From NCBI GenBank assembly GCA_000934665.2, contig JYFJ02003932.1, positions 1 through 36,421 of the forward strand: 36,421 bases of DNA, given 5' to 3'. How positions within the stretch are numbered: the stretch's first letter is position 1; each line of letters begins with the position of its first letter. This stretch comes from Catajapyx aquilonaris (lineage: Eukaryota). The position numbers and the translations under genes were made by a program. Below the pieces are notes generated by a model. The model ran no database searches. It had not been told where the DNA came from and saw only the letters and a program-made list of their open reading frames with translations. Of this stretch, positions 11,203 to 22,370 are shown piece by piece.

Positions 11203-12582
11203 TAGCCTACATGTCTATTTGAAAGTTTACAACAAAATCCTTAAAATATTACTGGCCAAAATGATAGTTGAAACATCCTGTTCATCCTGGCGTAAACAGG
11301 GAGACTTTCTGCCTTATTTGTATCGCCACACATAGTACTGTTGATCATATAGCATAAGCTTAATGTGGCAACAAACCAACTGTCATCCACGGTTTTGCCG
11401 GGCTGTTTAATGCTCCTAATTATGAATCAAGTTCATGCGCAAGCCTGGAGCCACATGGATTATTTTCCTCCACAAAACATCAAGCAATCAGTTAATTGCA
11501 TCAATTTCTGGTCTCCCAATGGCCAGGGACCTATAGTACGGAAATATATTCCACAGCATGAAAAGTTTATTGGCAATCAATGATACGTACAGGCTACCGT
11601 TACACATTCTGTGCTGTGTGATGGCTGATCCAATTCGATGCACCAATACCCATGAGCACGAAAATCAATTTATTTACTCTCCATACCTGTTAAGTGGTAA
11701 ACCTTTATGGGTACAGTCGGACATGACATATGTATTGATCCATACGAGGTCATACTTTAAAGTAGTAAAATATCTCAAAACAGCTTCTTGGTAGTGTTAC
11801 TTTATAACATGAAAATTTACTGCCAGTGGTAGGCATAATCACATACAGAACTTTCCACCATGATGCGACTGACTCTATCTGTCGTTTTCCCTTCCCCCGG
11901 TTGTCGCAAATCGGCCTATAACGCTTAATCATATCATGATTATATCTGATGCGATACATGATAGGTCAGCCAAACATAATGATTTACCGACACTTTACAC
12001 GAGGATGAATCGCGAGCATTGGGATTGATCAGTACGAATGCGATCTTTCCGGTAAAGTGATTGAAGAGCTAATGTGGCATTGTAATCTGTCAAGACCCCG
12101 CAGATGTCAAATTGGAAATATTTCGAAATATACAGTAGGAAAGATAGGCAAAGTTATTTCCCAACTTGGATTGGTACACTTACACTAGTACCCCATCTCT
12201 CGAATCGTATAACAGATAATTTGAAAAATTAATTCCCTTCGCATCTAATCAATTTGCAAAATGGTCATACGAGTAGTTGGAAGGAGAATCTATAAACAGA
12301 TGGGCACCGTTTTCATATCGCTCAATTTCCTTGCCGCATTTAGTTTAAAATGAATTTTCAAGTGCGAACGAATATTCCGGTACATCACGAATCAGTATGT
12401 CTGGAGCGGTCCCAGGGACTGACAACCAAAGCGTGATACGCTTCCCCAATGCAGCAAAGGAAGTCAACTGATTACTCGTTCCTCACGGAAATATAATTTG
12501 TCTTTTGTCCGAATACACCAGTGCACTCGACATTTCAGAATCAACTCATTTTCCACTTTTAAAAAATCGCAATTAGCACATA

Positions 12583-12919
12583 CAGTGCTGGACAAATTAG
12601 CCGTCGCTGAATGTTTTTTTCCGGCGGCGGCGGCGCGGCGGCGGCGTTACCTGGCAACCCTGTGCGGCGGGCCAATTCAAACATCAGCCATGGAGAGCGC
12701 TTCCATTGTTGCCACTGTTTACAAATCGAGTGAGTGAGTGCGCAGGCAGAAGAGACCCGTCGCTGGGTCGTCCGCGTCACTCACTCGATTTGTAAACAGT
12801 GGCAACAATGGAAGCGCTCTCCATGGGCTGATGTTTGAATTGGCCCGCCGGACAGGGTTGCCAGGTAACGCCGCCGCCGGAAAAAAAACATTCAGCGACG
12901 GCTAATATGTCCAGCACTG
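12583..12919. mobile_element. Tc1-like palindromic MITE
   Basis: TA|CAGTGCTGGACA...TGTCCAGCACTG|TA. Near-perfect inverted arms of about 145-155 bp around a short spacer. The CAGTGCTGG terminus is Tc1-like. Confidence 0.92.
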
Positions 12920-13933
12920 TACACATGGCGCTCCAAAATTGGTTCAATAAAACATTATTTTGGTGTGTTCAACTAAATATTTCTGAAGTGCATACTTTTG
13001 CAGTACTAGCCTGACATAGAGCTGGATTCGCGCAGCAGCTCACATTCTTCCAAAATTTGGCAAAATCCAGCAGCACTTAGTAATAATCGATATAGGGCAG
13101 CCAGCCCAGCGTGCAGTTTGACCTAGCGGCACTTGGCGCCAATTGGCTAATCTTTTCCAAGAGCAACGTGAGCGAGTGGTCAAAGGGCAAAGGCCCAGGA
13201 CCGGCGGATGAATGGCAGAGAAAAAGAGTGGCGGAGTCCCCTGGGCCACCAAGTTGGAAATAAAGGCGGGCAACCTGATGGTGCCCTATAGGGCAACTTT
13301 GAAGAGGGGGGTGGTGGTAAGGCCTCAACACTTGCAGTAGGTGGTGCGGGGGGGATGACGGAATGAGAATGTGCCCTATTAAGGACGATGAACTAAGCCA
13401 GGGTCCCGCATTTCCAAGGCAATGGCTTGTGATTCAGGGCCGGAAATAAGCCTCCGCCTCACTAGTTGCTGCTGCCACTCGGCTTCCATCACAATCGGCG
13501 CCCTCAAAGAAGGGGAAGGAGGAGAAGAAGGAGAAGGGAATAAAGCGGGGAATAAAAAAAAGATCCCTGCCCGCATTTATCACGGCTATCTGACAGTTCG
13601 TGGAAACCTTGACCCTAGTTGAAAAGATCACGGAGGTGTTCTATTATGCAACGTGAGGACCTGCCCTTTCTAGTTTGTCGCTTGCAAATTAGTTATGTGT
13701 AGCAGGCTGTAGTCTATACTATGAGAAAGCCTTTTAAAAAGTCAAGCCTGCTCGTACTGCGGTACTGGACAATGCTAGAAAGCAAGAGAGGAAGTATTCT
13801 TCTTTATTTACATTACTACGATTTTTGGTGCACTGCTTGATAGTGTTTTGGTAAGATGGGAGACTGATACCGGTTTATTTGTCGTGGCCCTTATTATACA
13901 GGATCATACCAGGTGTCGCTCATGGACAGTGGA

Positions 13934-14309
13934 CATGGTCTTAGAATACTAAGGTCTGGACACTCCCTCTTATCGCCTGCCAGGGCGTTTTGCATGAGGT
14001 GCTCACTTGAGAGCGCCATGAGACAGCTTTTAATTGTGCAATTATGTGGCGACCCTACCGGACTAGGCTGAACTTTATAGGTACAAAAGGGAAGCGCTAC
14101 ATTGGGGGACCCAACATGGTCGCAGGCGGCCATGTTGGGCCCGCATGTAGCGGCTTCTCTTCTACCTTAGTTCAGCGTAGTCCGGTAGGGTTGCCACATA
14201 ATTGCACAATGAAAAGCTGTCTCATGGTGCTCTCGGGTGAGCACCTCATGCAAAACTCCTCGGCAGGCGATAAGAGGGAGTGTCCAGACCTTAGTATTCT
14301 AAGACCATG
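13934..14309. mobile_element. Palindromic MITE family A copy 3 (full length, opposite orientation to copy 2)
   Basis: CATGGTCTTAGAATACTAAGGTCTGGACACTCCCTCTTATCGCCTGCC is matched as a reverse complement at the right end. The core is the reverse complement of the copy 2 core. No clear TSD. Confidence 0.9.
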
Positions 14310-14380
14310 TGCACACCTGTAGGGTAGATTGTATGGGAAGTGTCCGGGGGCTGGGTGTGGATCACCCCACTGCAACTCCG

Positions 14381-14628
14381 TTTTTAGACTTTTTCGAGAA
14401 AAAAAGTCTTATAGAACGGCTCTGTGTGTCTGACTGTGGACAGGTATCAGACAGACAGAGCCGTGCTATAAGACTTTTTCCGATTTTCGGGTTCTGGGTT
14501 CACTCTATCCGCCCCTTCCCCCTGGCTGCCCCCTATCTCCACCGCCCCCTTCCCCGCTCCCTCCTCCTACCCCCTGATACATGTCCACAGACGGACGGAC
14601 GGACAGAGCCGTGCTATAAGACTCTTTT
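14381..14628. mobile_element. Helentron-associated (DINE-1/HINE-like) fragment or derivative
   Basis: T-rich start, short hairpin AGACTTTT...AAAAGTCT, motif AAGTCTTATAG.ACGGCTCTGT followed by GTCY-type microsatellite. The motif recurs inverted at 14447-14479 and 14574-14628. Confidence 0.5.
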
Positions 14629-15259
14629 CCATGGATGAGAAAAGGTCTGAAAGATGGGTTTGCTAGGATAGATTTTTTTAAAGGGGAAAGGAGCGGTCTG
14701 GGGGTAGGATGGGCGAAAGGGTAAGTCCACTTTTGGCCGAAAATGAGTTATGGTTGGTTTCAGTTTCAGTCCCAGTCCTGTGACGGACGTTGGGGACAAT
14801 AGCAGTAAACATGAAAAAGTTTACTCTAATCACGCTCGTGATTTGGCAATCTTGTTTTCATATAGATTTCCCCCTCAGACCCCTGTCACCTTAGAGAGGC
14901 ATATCAGCAGTAGTTAGGTAGGGTGCCGCTTCGCTTTAGTTGCGGCGCTTGGCCCGTTCCTTTAGTTACTTTAACCAACAGGCGACACACAGCGAATCTG
15001 GTGGCGGAACACGGCGAACCAGGACTCCCAAACCGATTATTCAAATCTAGTAGGTATGGTCCGTTCGTTCCTTTGCATCACTGGGGCTTGTTCGCATCCA
15101 CGTTTTCATCATCCGTTCTGAATAATAGTAATAATTTTCGCCGCAGTGTAGCGGTGTCGCTCCATACACTTACTTAGTCGATCAGCGGCCCTGCGGCCGA
15201 GTGGGATTCTGAAGATCCATGCGATAAGAGGGCTAGTTGCCAGACCTGTATCCAGTATA

Positions 15260-15820
15260 CAGGGCGTTTCCTGTAACTCTGTAAAGTCTTTCAGGGGTAA
15301 TAGAGGGGACCAAGACAAGTATTTTTGACATAGGAACCCGTGTCCGGAAACGCCATCTAGAGGGGGTTCATAGACAAGGAACGGGTGCGCTCAGACGCGT
15401 CACGCGGGAGGCGCTAGGCGAGCGGACTGTTTTGTTGATAGATGGCGCCCAGTTGGTGCCAGGTTATGGCATATCGCGTCGTTGTAAGTAAACAACAACG
15501 CGATACGCCATAACCTGGCAACAGCAGAACCGCTGTTGACTATCCGCGCATCTCCTAGGGGGCGGACTGTAGTTTCTAGATGGCTCTGTTGTTACCACGT
15601 TATGGCACATCGCATCGTTGGTTACTATCCCAGCGCCATCTATCAACAAAACAGTCCCCTCGCCTAGAGCCTCTCGCCTGATTCGTCTGAGCGCACCCGT
15701 TCCTTGTCTATGAACCCCTCTAGATGGCGTTTCCGGACACAGGTTCCTATGTCAAAAATACTTGTCTTGGTCCCCTCTATTGCCCCTGAAAGTCTTTACA
15801 GAGTTTCAGGAAACACCCTG
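15260..15820. mobile_element. mariner-type palindromic MITE
   Basis: TA|CAGGGCGTTTCCTG...CAGGAAACACCCTG|TA with inverted arms of about 190 bp and an internal secondary hairpin at 15457-15520. Confidence 0.92.
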
Positions 15821-17492
15821 TATAATAATCATACACACACACTCCTCGACCGTGGCTTGTTCTCAGCCGCTCCGTATAGTCAAGACAAGCTGGATCTGGT
15901 CTGGCAGGGAATTCGTATGCCACCATATTAGGCTACTATAAAAGTGAATAATATAATGCAAAGAAGAGACCAAATTATAAACTATATAAACTAATTATCA
16001 CTAATGTTCACGAGTTGGCTCCTAATAAAATGGGTCCTCGCATGTAAGTGAAACTTATCCGGCAAATCTCCTTGAAAACTATTTTAATTTCAGTGTGCTT
16101 AAGACAACGAGATTTGGGAGGGGCCAGAAAAAAATGGGGCAGCTTAAGAGTAGTTTCGCTTTCTCTCCGGTCGGCCAATGAGACGCAGGGTTCCAGCTTA
16201 AAGCCAAGTGCGGCCTGATTATGTACTGCAGATGGCCCACACGGAAAGAAAAAGAGTGCTTTGGCCCTCTGCCAGCTATTCGTTATTACCTTCCCCAATC
16301 GGGAGGCTATATCCCCCAAGCCTGAAGCTCGCGTCTAATAGGATTGGATTTTCCAACTGCAGCCATGTTTCTCGCTTCCTATCTGCTCCGATTTTAACTT
16401 TTCTTCTCATCACTAGAGTCGAAGAAGCCATATTTTTCCCTTCCAACCAGCGATACGACTTCATTGTCCAAGGATCGGGGGGGGAAGAAAAGTTCTACTC
16501 AGACCTTCTCAACAACTCCACTCCACGTTTTCTTTGCTCTTCCTCCGCACTTCTTGCTGCCTTTATTACTAGCTGTACAGTACTATTTGCGTTTGCATAG
16601 GATGTAGTCAATATTGCCAATATGAATGTCGAGGAAATTCTTCACAATAAGCTACAAAATTGGTCGTCTAGCCAATTCAACTGAAGGTATTAGAGAAGTA
16701 ATATAGTAAAATTGAAGGGCTTACTGCAACAACGTAGCGGGATAATATTCCCGATTAATTATCTTTAACCTGTAATGAACATGTGCCAGAATATGAGGCA
16801 GTTTTTGTAACAATGTGCAATTGAAAATATTTTCGAATCATTATTTTTTAACTTTAGAGTTCAATTGGCTTCCTCATTAATAATAAAGCGTTATTCTTCT
16901 TCTACAACTGTTTACTCTCCCGTCGATTTATCCAGGGCAGTTTGTGGATTTCATGCCTTTCGTCCGGATAAAAAGCACCAATATGCAAGTGCTGCTTGTA
17001 TTCCTTAAAGGAGTCTCAAATCCAAAAATTGACTACTACTACTTCAATATCCTAAAATTCGTCCAGGAATGGCGCTATTGATCGATTATGCGCATCTTTC
17101 CTGCCACTCCGTATACTGTATAGCTTCCGATATAGACTCTTCTTAGCCAATAAACCCCGGTCGTATATCGGAAATAAGTGGGTATAGAGTCGTTATTGAA
17201 AATAAAAAATTATGATGTAGTCAAAGGTTAAAACTCTTTTGTCCTTAACATACAGTCGATATTATTATTAAGTTTTATAAAACAATCCCTTGTTGAATAT
17301 TGTAGTGTCCCACGCATGAATCGTCAGAGACACCACGTAAATACTCCAAGAAACACCCAGGGAAGGGTATAAGAACCAGTTTGGAACTGTATTCAGGATA
17401 ACAGGTACAAACGTCCGTCCCGAAGGACGTCAGGAATAGCACTAAACAACACAAAACAATCATTCAGGATCCCCTGACAACATCAAGAACGC

Positions 17493-17532
17493 AGTGACCA
17501 GGCAACCATCAACAACCAGTTGCCTGGTCACT
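17493..17532. repeat. Perfect 14-bp stem hairpin with a 12-nt loop
   Basis: AGTGACCAGGCAAC (17493-17506) and GTTGCCTGGTCACT (17519-17532). Confidence 0.85.
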
Positions 17533-19626
17533 ACAATATTTTTGAATGGTCCCAGCAGGTGGGCAAGTCCATATCTATCGAGCCTGAAGATTTTCCTATC
17601 TATGTCATTCTCGGGTGCGATTATTGTAACTGATTATAAAAATATTACTTTGAGCATAACGATTAAAATCTCCACATTAAAGTGTAATTAATTACAAACT
17701 GCTTGCAAAAAAAAACCTTTTGTATATAAATAACCAAGATAAAACGCTGGGAGAGGCCCTCGTAACCACGGCTTGATAGCACAAAGTAATGTCTCGGGAT
17801 GCCTGTTGAAAGGACTACCTTACCAAACCGTTTTCCTTTTGAAATGACATCACGTAGCTCTCTTCCAAATTGCTGGTTGGGAAATGAGGTGGTGGCTGCG
17901 GCAGAGATTATTAAGGGAGCCAGGCTGCAAATTACATAATGCCAGAAAAAATGCCACCGGTTCATCATAAGCTGCACATTATCATTAATTTGAAGAATTC
18001 CCAGTATGACTTCACATAGCAAAATAATGCATATGTCCCTCTTGTGATGACTCGAGGGACTCTGCGTGTTCTAATTCTACATGATGAGGTTCTACAAGGT
18101 GATCCAAGAAGCATCGAGTCTGCAGATTATTACCATTGTTAATCGAGTCTTGTGCTAGTATGGACGCATTACATAACGCTTCTTCTGATGCCGTTCGCTA
18201 TAGGTGCAAGCTCATCAAATCTGCACGGTACTGTATTACCAGCCAAAATTAACTGCGGCACATTGTGCGAGTTATGCCAGTCACGCGGGTTGTGTGCAAA
18301 TGAGCAATGTCAAAAACGGCTGAGAGCACGCACATATCCAGCTAACTGCAGCACGTTACATAATCTGCATTGAACGAGTAATATGGGTTATCAAAGTATG
18401 CGCAACATCGTTGAAGAGTTGAAAAGTTTGGGGCGGGCCAAAAACCTATCATTGTCTCTCTGGGTAGCACCATAATGGCTGACATAAATTTCCTTTTTGT
18501 AGAAGCAAATTTTTTGAACTTCATCACATTTGCTTTTAGCGTGCCTCATTGGTAGTTTTACAGCACTTTTTTCATGACACCTCTCATGATTTTATTTCTG
18601 ACATACTGTGACAAATGAGGGTGTTCTCTGTGGATTTAATTTGTAACTGCACTAATCAAGTGACATGTACTGCGCAATGTGAAATTACGCCCGCAAAAGG
18701 AATAGGAGTATGAACGCACGATGCTACAAATTAAGTGCCTAATGACACTACTGTTCCCTTTTTATTAAACAAGGGCTCGTAAATGAAAAATTATTTCCAC
18801 TAAGGGACCATATTTGCTCCGCATCTGTGCCACCGAAAAACTCGGGTACTACACTCATTAGTAAGTGTAAAATTTGCTCCTCTACAAGTTGCCCGTAATA
18901 TGATCTGCAATAATGCTGTAGCAGCATAACCACCAACCTGTACTTCTGGGAATCAACTACATTATTAATATTTACTGGTTAATCCTAAGGGAGTAGTCTA
19001 GATCCTTGGCACGAAATAATGCATATAATATTGGTCAATGTTCTTATGAAGATTATGGATTACCATTAGGTCCAAATGTCCAATACGACTTTGAGTAGAA
19101 GTACTTGCGACAAAAAAAGTGTTTGAAACTATCTATCGAGATCATTTTGTGGCAACCAAATGGGACAAAATAGACAGTAACAGGGTCCATGTAATAGTTT
19201 ATTACTTGTGTTACTATATCATGTTAATTTTATCACATGCCATTTTAGCGAGAAACAGGCATCGGTGTGTGATATCCCTTTAAGTATATGGCTATACTGA
19301 ACAGTACAACAAAATAACTCCACGTTTGGAATCAGCACCCATCTACCATATTAAAATGCTTGCGTTGCGTGTATAAGCCCTCTCATTGGTCCGCCCCCAT
19401 ATTGTTGTTGCCGCCACGTTCCGATTGCCCCCCGGCCATTGTTACTTGGACGTATTGTTACCATGACGCCTCCAATTGGCCCTGTTCCGAGCATGCGCAA
19501 TGGGTGGTAGAACCCCACAGTCGCTTGTTGGACGTCAACGAGGACACATCTCCTCTCCCGTGAAGACCCCACTACCCTTCCACCATCCTCCACCCACGTC
19601 ACGGATATGTGAATGCACGGAGGAAC

Positions 19627-19662
19627 GGGGGGGGGGGNGGGGGGGGGGGGGGGGGGGGGGGG
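19627..19662. repeat. poly-G tract containing an N
   Basis: Homopolymer run with n at 19638. Confidence 0.9.
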
Positions 19663-19674
19663 TGTATGCATAAT

Positions 19675-19844
19675 GCACTTCTGGAACCTCCCACGTTTCA
19701 AATTATACCTGTCGGTACGAGCGTACATGGAGATGCCCTCACGCAACAATGAGTAAACAGTGTCAACAAAAGGACACTGTTTACTCCTGTTGTTGCGTGA
19801 GGGCATCTTCATAGAAACTTGAAAAGTGGGAGGTTCCAAAGTGC
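19675..19844. mobile_element. Small foldback element (MITE-like), superfamily unassigned
   Basis: Outer arms GCACTTCTGGAACCTCCCACGTTTCAA / TTGAAAAGTGGGAGGTTCCAAAGTGC. Inner arms AGATGCCCTCACGCAACAATGAGTAAACAGTGTC / GACACTGTTTACTCCTGTTGTTGCGTGAGGGCATCT. Confidence 0.65.
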
Positions 19845-21967
19845 TTACTATTAACTTTACAATGCCCAAATGCAGCATTGTTATTTATCTTTTTTAACCT
19901 TTCACTCGTGAAACCTTGGTATAGGGCCCACAAAATTTTGGCAACAGTTCTATAGCTAAGTGCTAAAAATCGAGTGGAAAGACGGAAGCGTGCATGGACG
20001 GAAGACTGAAGGGAAGAGTCCCTTAATCGCAGTGCAAGAAAGTGAGCAGAAGAGTGCACGAGCTTCCCCTGGCTGGAACTACACTACAGTAGGAAGCTTA
20101 CTTTCCAGTTAGGCAATTTCCTCCATTCCGTGTATTTAGTCATTCCCCTCCAGCTAGCCAACAGCGATTTGGCGGGTAAACTGGCCGAGTCCTAAAAGGC
20201 GACGGGCGTGGTGCGCATCTCAATTCGGATAGAAAAGGGGCAACCTTGCGCTTGCCTGCAAATTGATGCAGCGGTAAAGCTGCCTCCGTGTCACAGCACC
20301 GACAAATGGCCAACACTTGTGGGCTGGCTCAAATGGGCCGCGGCCACAAACTCCCAGCCCACCACCCACCCTCCCTGGCCCCCAATCCTCCAAAACGTGG
20401 AAGAAACATTGATCCCCCGCCTCCAAAGTGTACTTCCTAATGTTTATCACTTGCCGCTGCCTCATAAACAACCTAGGAATCTTACCAGATTTGCAAATCC
20501 CATTACTTACGTTACACTATGCAGCTGACGCTCGACAGCCGCTTGCGTCCGACCATGGCCACAACCATCCAAATCAATCAACCACTAATTGTGAAATATT
20601 CAAAGTAACCTTACTTTCCCAGCATGATCGGCTACAAAGACAAAACAGTATATTGCGTCAAATATTCGTAACTGGTTTTGATAAAATGGGAGTTGAAATG
20701 GGAGATAGCTGTTGTTGTCAAAGATAAGGAGAGAAAGGCAAGTTGAATGAAAGCTAATTATTCAACAACTATCAGTTACCTGGATGCCAGACTCCCTACA
20801 GAATAGACGTCTCTAGCCTCCCTTCGATTCATAGTAGTGCAGTGTGGTACTTACAGTTAGTTCCAGAGAGAAATATAGCGATATAAGATTGGTTCTTGTT
20901 TTCTCAGAAGCCTTAGACTTTTCTCACTCCAGAATGTATCATTTTTTCAACAAGCCATTAAAGTACAGACATGAAATATAAATAATCGAATCATGACTCT
21001 TGGACTCTTGGACATACACCCATTCAGTATTTTGCTAGTGAAGAAGTAGATGCCTATAATATACTGCCATGATGTTGCTCTGCAGGATGGCAAGTTGAAT
21101 CAATGTGGTATGGGGTATAAGTTAAATTATATGATGCGACAAGGCCTCAATTGGACCCATTTCCATTTGAAGGACATGAATATACTGTATTTCAAAACTA
21201 TCAGTCACATTTTGGTCCAAATTTAGTTAGGCTTTGTACTGAGGTCTTTCGATATTCGTCAAATTTCCGATTGAGTTACAGCCCCCAAGTGATTTTGTGA
21301 ATCCCATAAGGTAAAATGCAATCTTCAAACTTCAAACCTCATAATTATCTCGAAATCAGTTTATGTGACTCATAAGCTATGCATTTCGTATCTTCATTAT
21401 TTTATAATCCCACCAGTTTAAAACAGGAATAAAAGGAAGAGTAAGTGGGTATGGGTTTAAGGACCAGGAAGCGGAGTCTAACACAACTGTTATATTAAAA
21501 TATGACCTTGGCTTTTAGATCTAGTGCTTATATACAGGATTTATGGTTTTTCGTTCCCCTACGAAATTTTTCGTCTTGTTCCGACACGATTCAATATTCC
21601 TCTTCCGTGCACGTGGGGCACGTGGAATCACAGCTTTAATCAATTTATTTAAAATTTGAAATATTGCATCAATTATGTATAGAAATGAATCTGAGTGTAC
21701 AGTACGGCACAGCTTACAGAATATCAGGGAAACATTAAACGAAAATATTATTGGGAAAAAGTTAAATGCAAAAACTCATTCCGCTTGTCTTTCTTCCCTA
21801 TTGCGTAAGGCCTAATAATACGGTGGTGCATTAAATGAAAATGAGAAGAAATATACAATTAGTTTACTTTCAAGCATTTTACAACCTTAAAATATTACCG
21901 GTAATATTGTTTAGGATACACTTTATGTATTACATTTTTACATGCTACATATCGGTTTAAAAATCTA

Positions 21968-22370
21968 CTTTTTTGTTATACCCCGTGCTTGGGCCCTATA
22001 GGCCCTCTTAGGGGAGTGGAATACCACCATCGATGCAGGGGACAGGATAGGGATAATGAGGGGGGGGGGACACATTGGTGCAAGTGCAATGTCATCAAGT
22101 TGGGGGTCGTGTGCAGTCCCTCAGGGGGCCCGTTCGCCAAGATGAGCCCCTAGATGCGGGTCAGAAACTCCCACCGACACCGCACCTCCTCCAGGGCAGG
22201 GTAGGGAAGGAAGCGGCTGTGGCCTATTTTACGGTACGATCCCGGAATTTTTCCTGGGGCGACCTTGGAAACCCACAGAAAACCAAGGTCAGGATCGCCG
22301 GCCTCCGGGACTCGAATCCAGGACCTCCCGATTAGCAGTCAGACACCATATCCACCACTACTGCTTCGGT
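21968..22370 (-). mobile_element. tRNA-derived SINE
   Basis: Minus-strand head has a degenerate A box, an anticodon-like arm (loop CTGCTAA) and B box GGATTCGAGTCC (22308-22319). The body GGCCACAGCCGCTTCCTTCCC resembles, from memory, cockroach/termite/orthopteran SINEs. A-rich tail, and a flanking direct repeat AAAATCTA (21960-21967, 22372-22379). Confidence 0.8.

Noticed and set aside
3132..14322. Similar ORFs 122..376, 3132..3323, 13894..14133 and 14044..14322
   Set aside because: These are translations of the palindromic MITE family A, not a gene family.
14884..15930. LTR-like GC-rich sequence surrounding the 15260 MITE
   Set aside because: No convincing TG...CA boundaries with a TSD, no second LTR and no gag/pol remnants.
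17405..17436. Minus-strand CTGACGTCCTTCGGGACGGACGT resembling a minimal hammerhead ribozyme
   Set aside because: The catalytic core CUGANGA...GAAA is not intact. At most it is a decayed remnant.
19351..19878. Longest ORF (175 aa) with poly-Pro
   Set aside because: It runs through an N-containing poly-G tract and a foldback element, and has no recognisable domain.
22300..22370. tRNA-like sequence with a B box
   Set aside because: No acceptor stem, and it continues into a SINE body, so it is called as a SINE rather than a tRNA.
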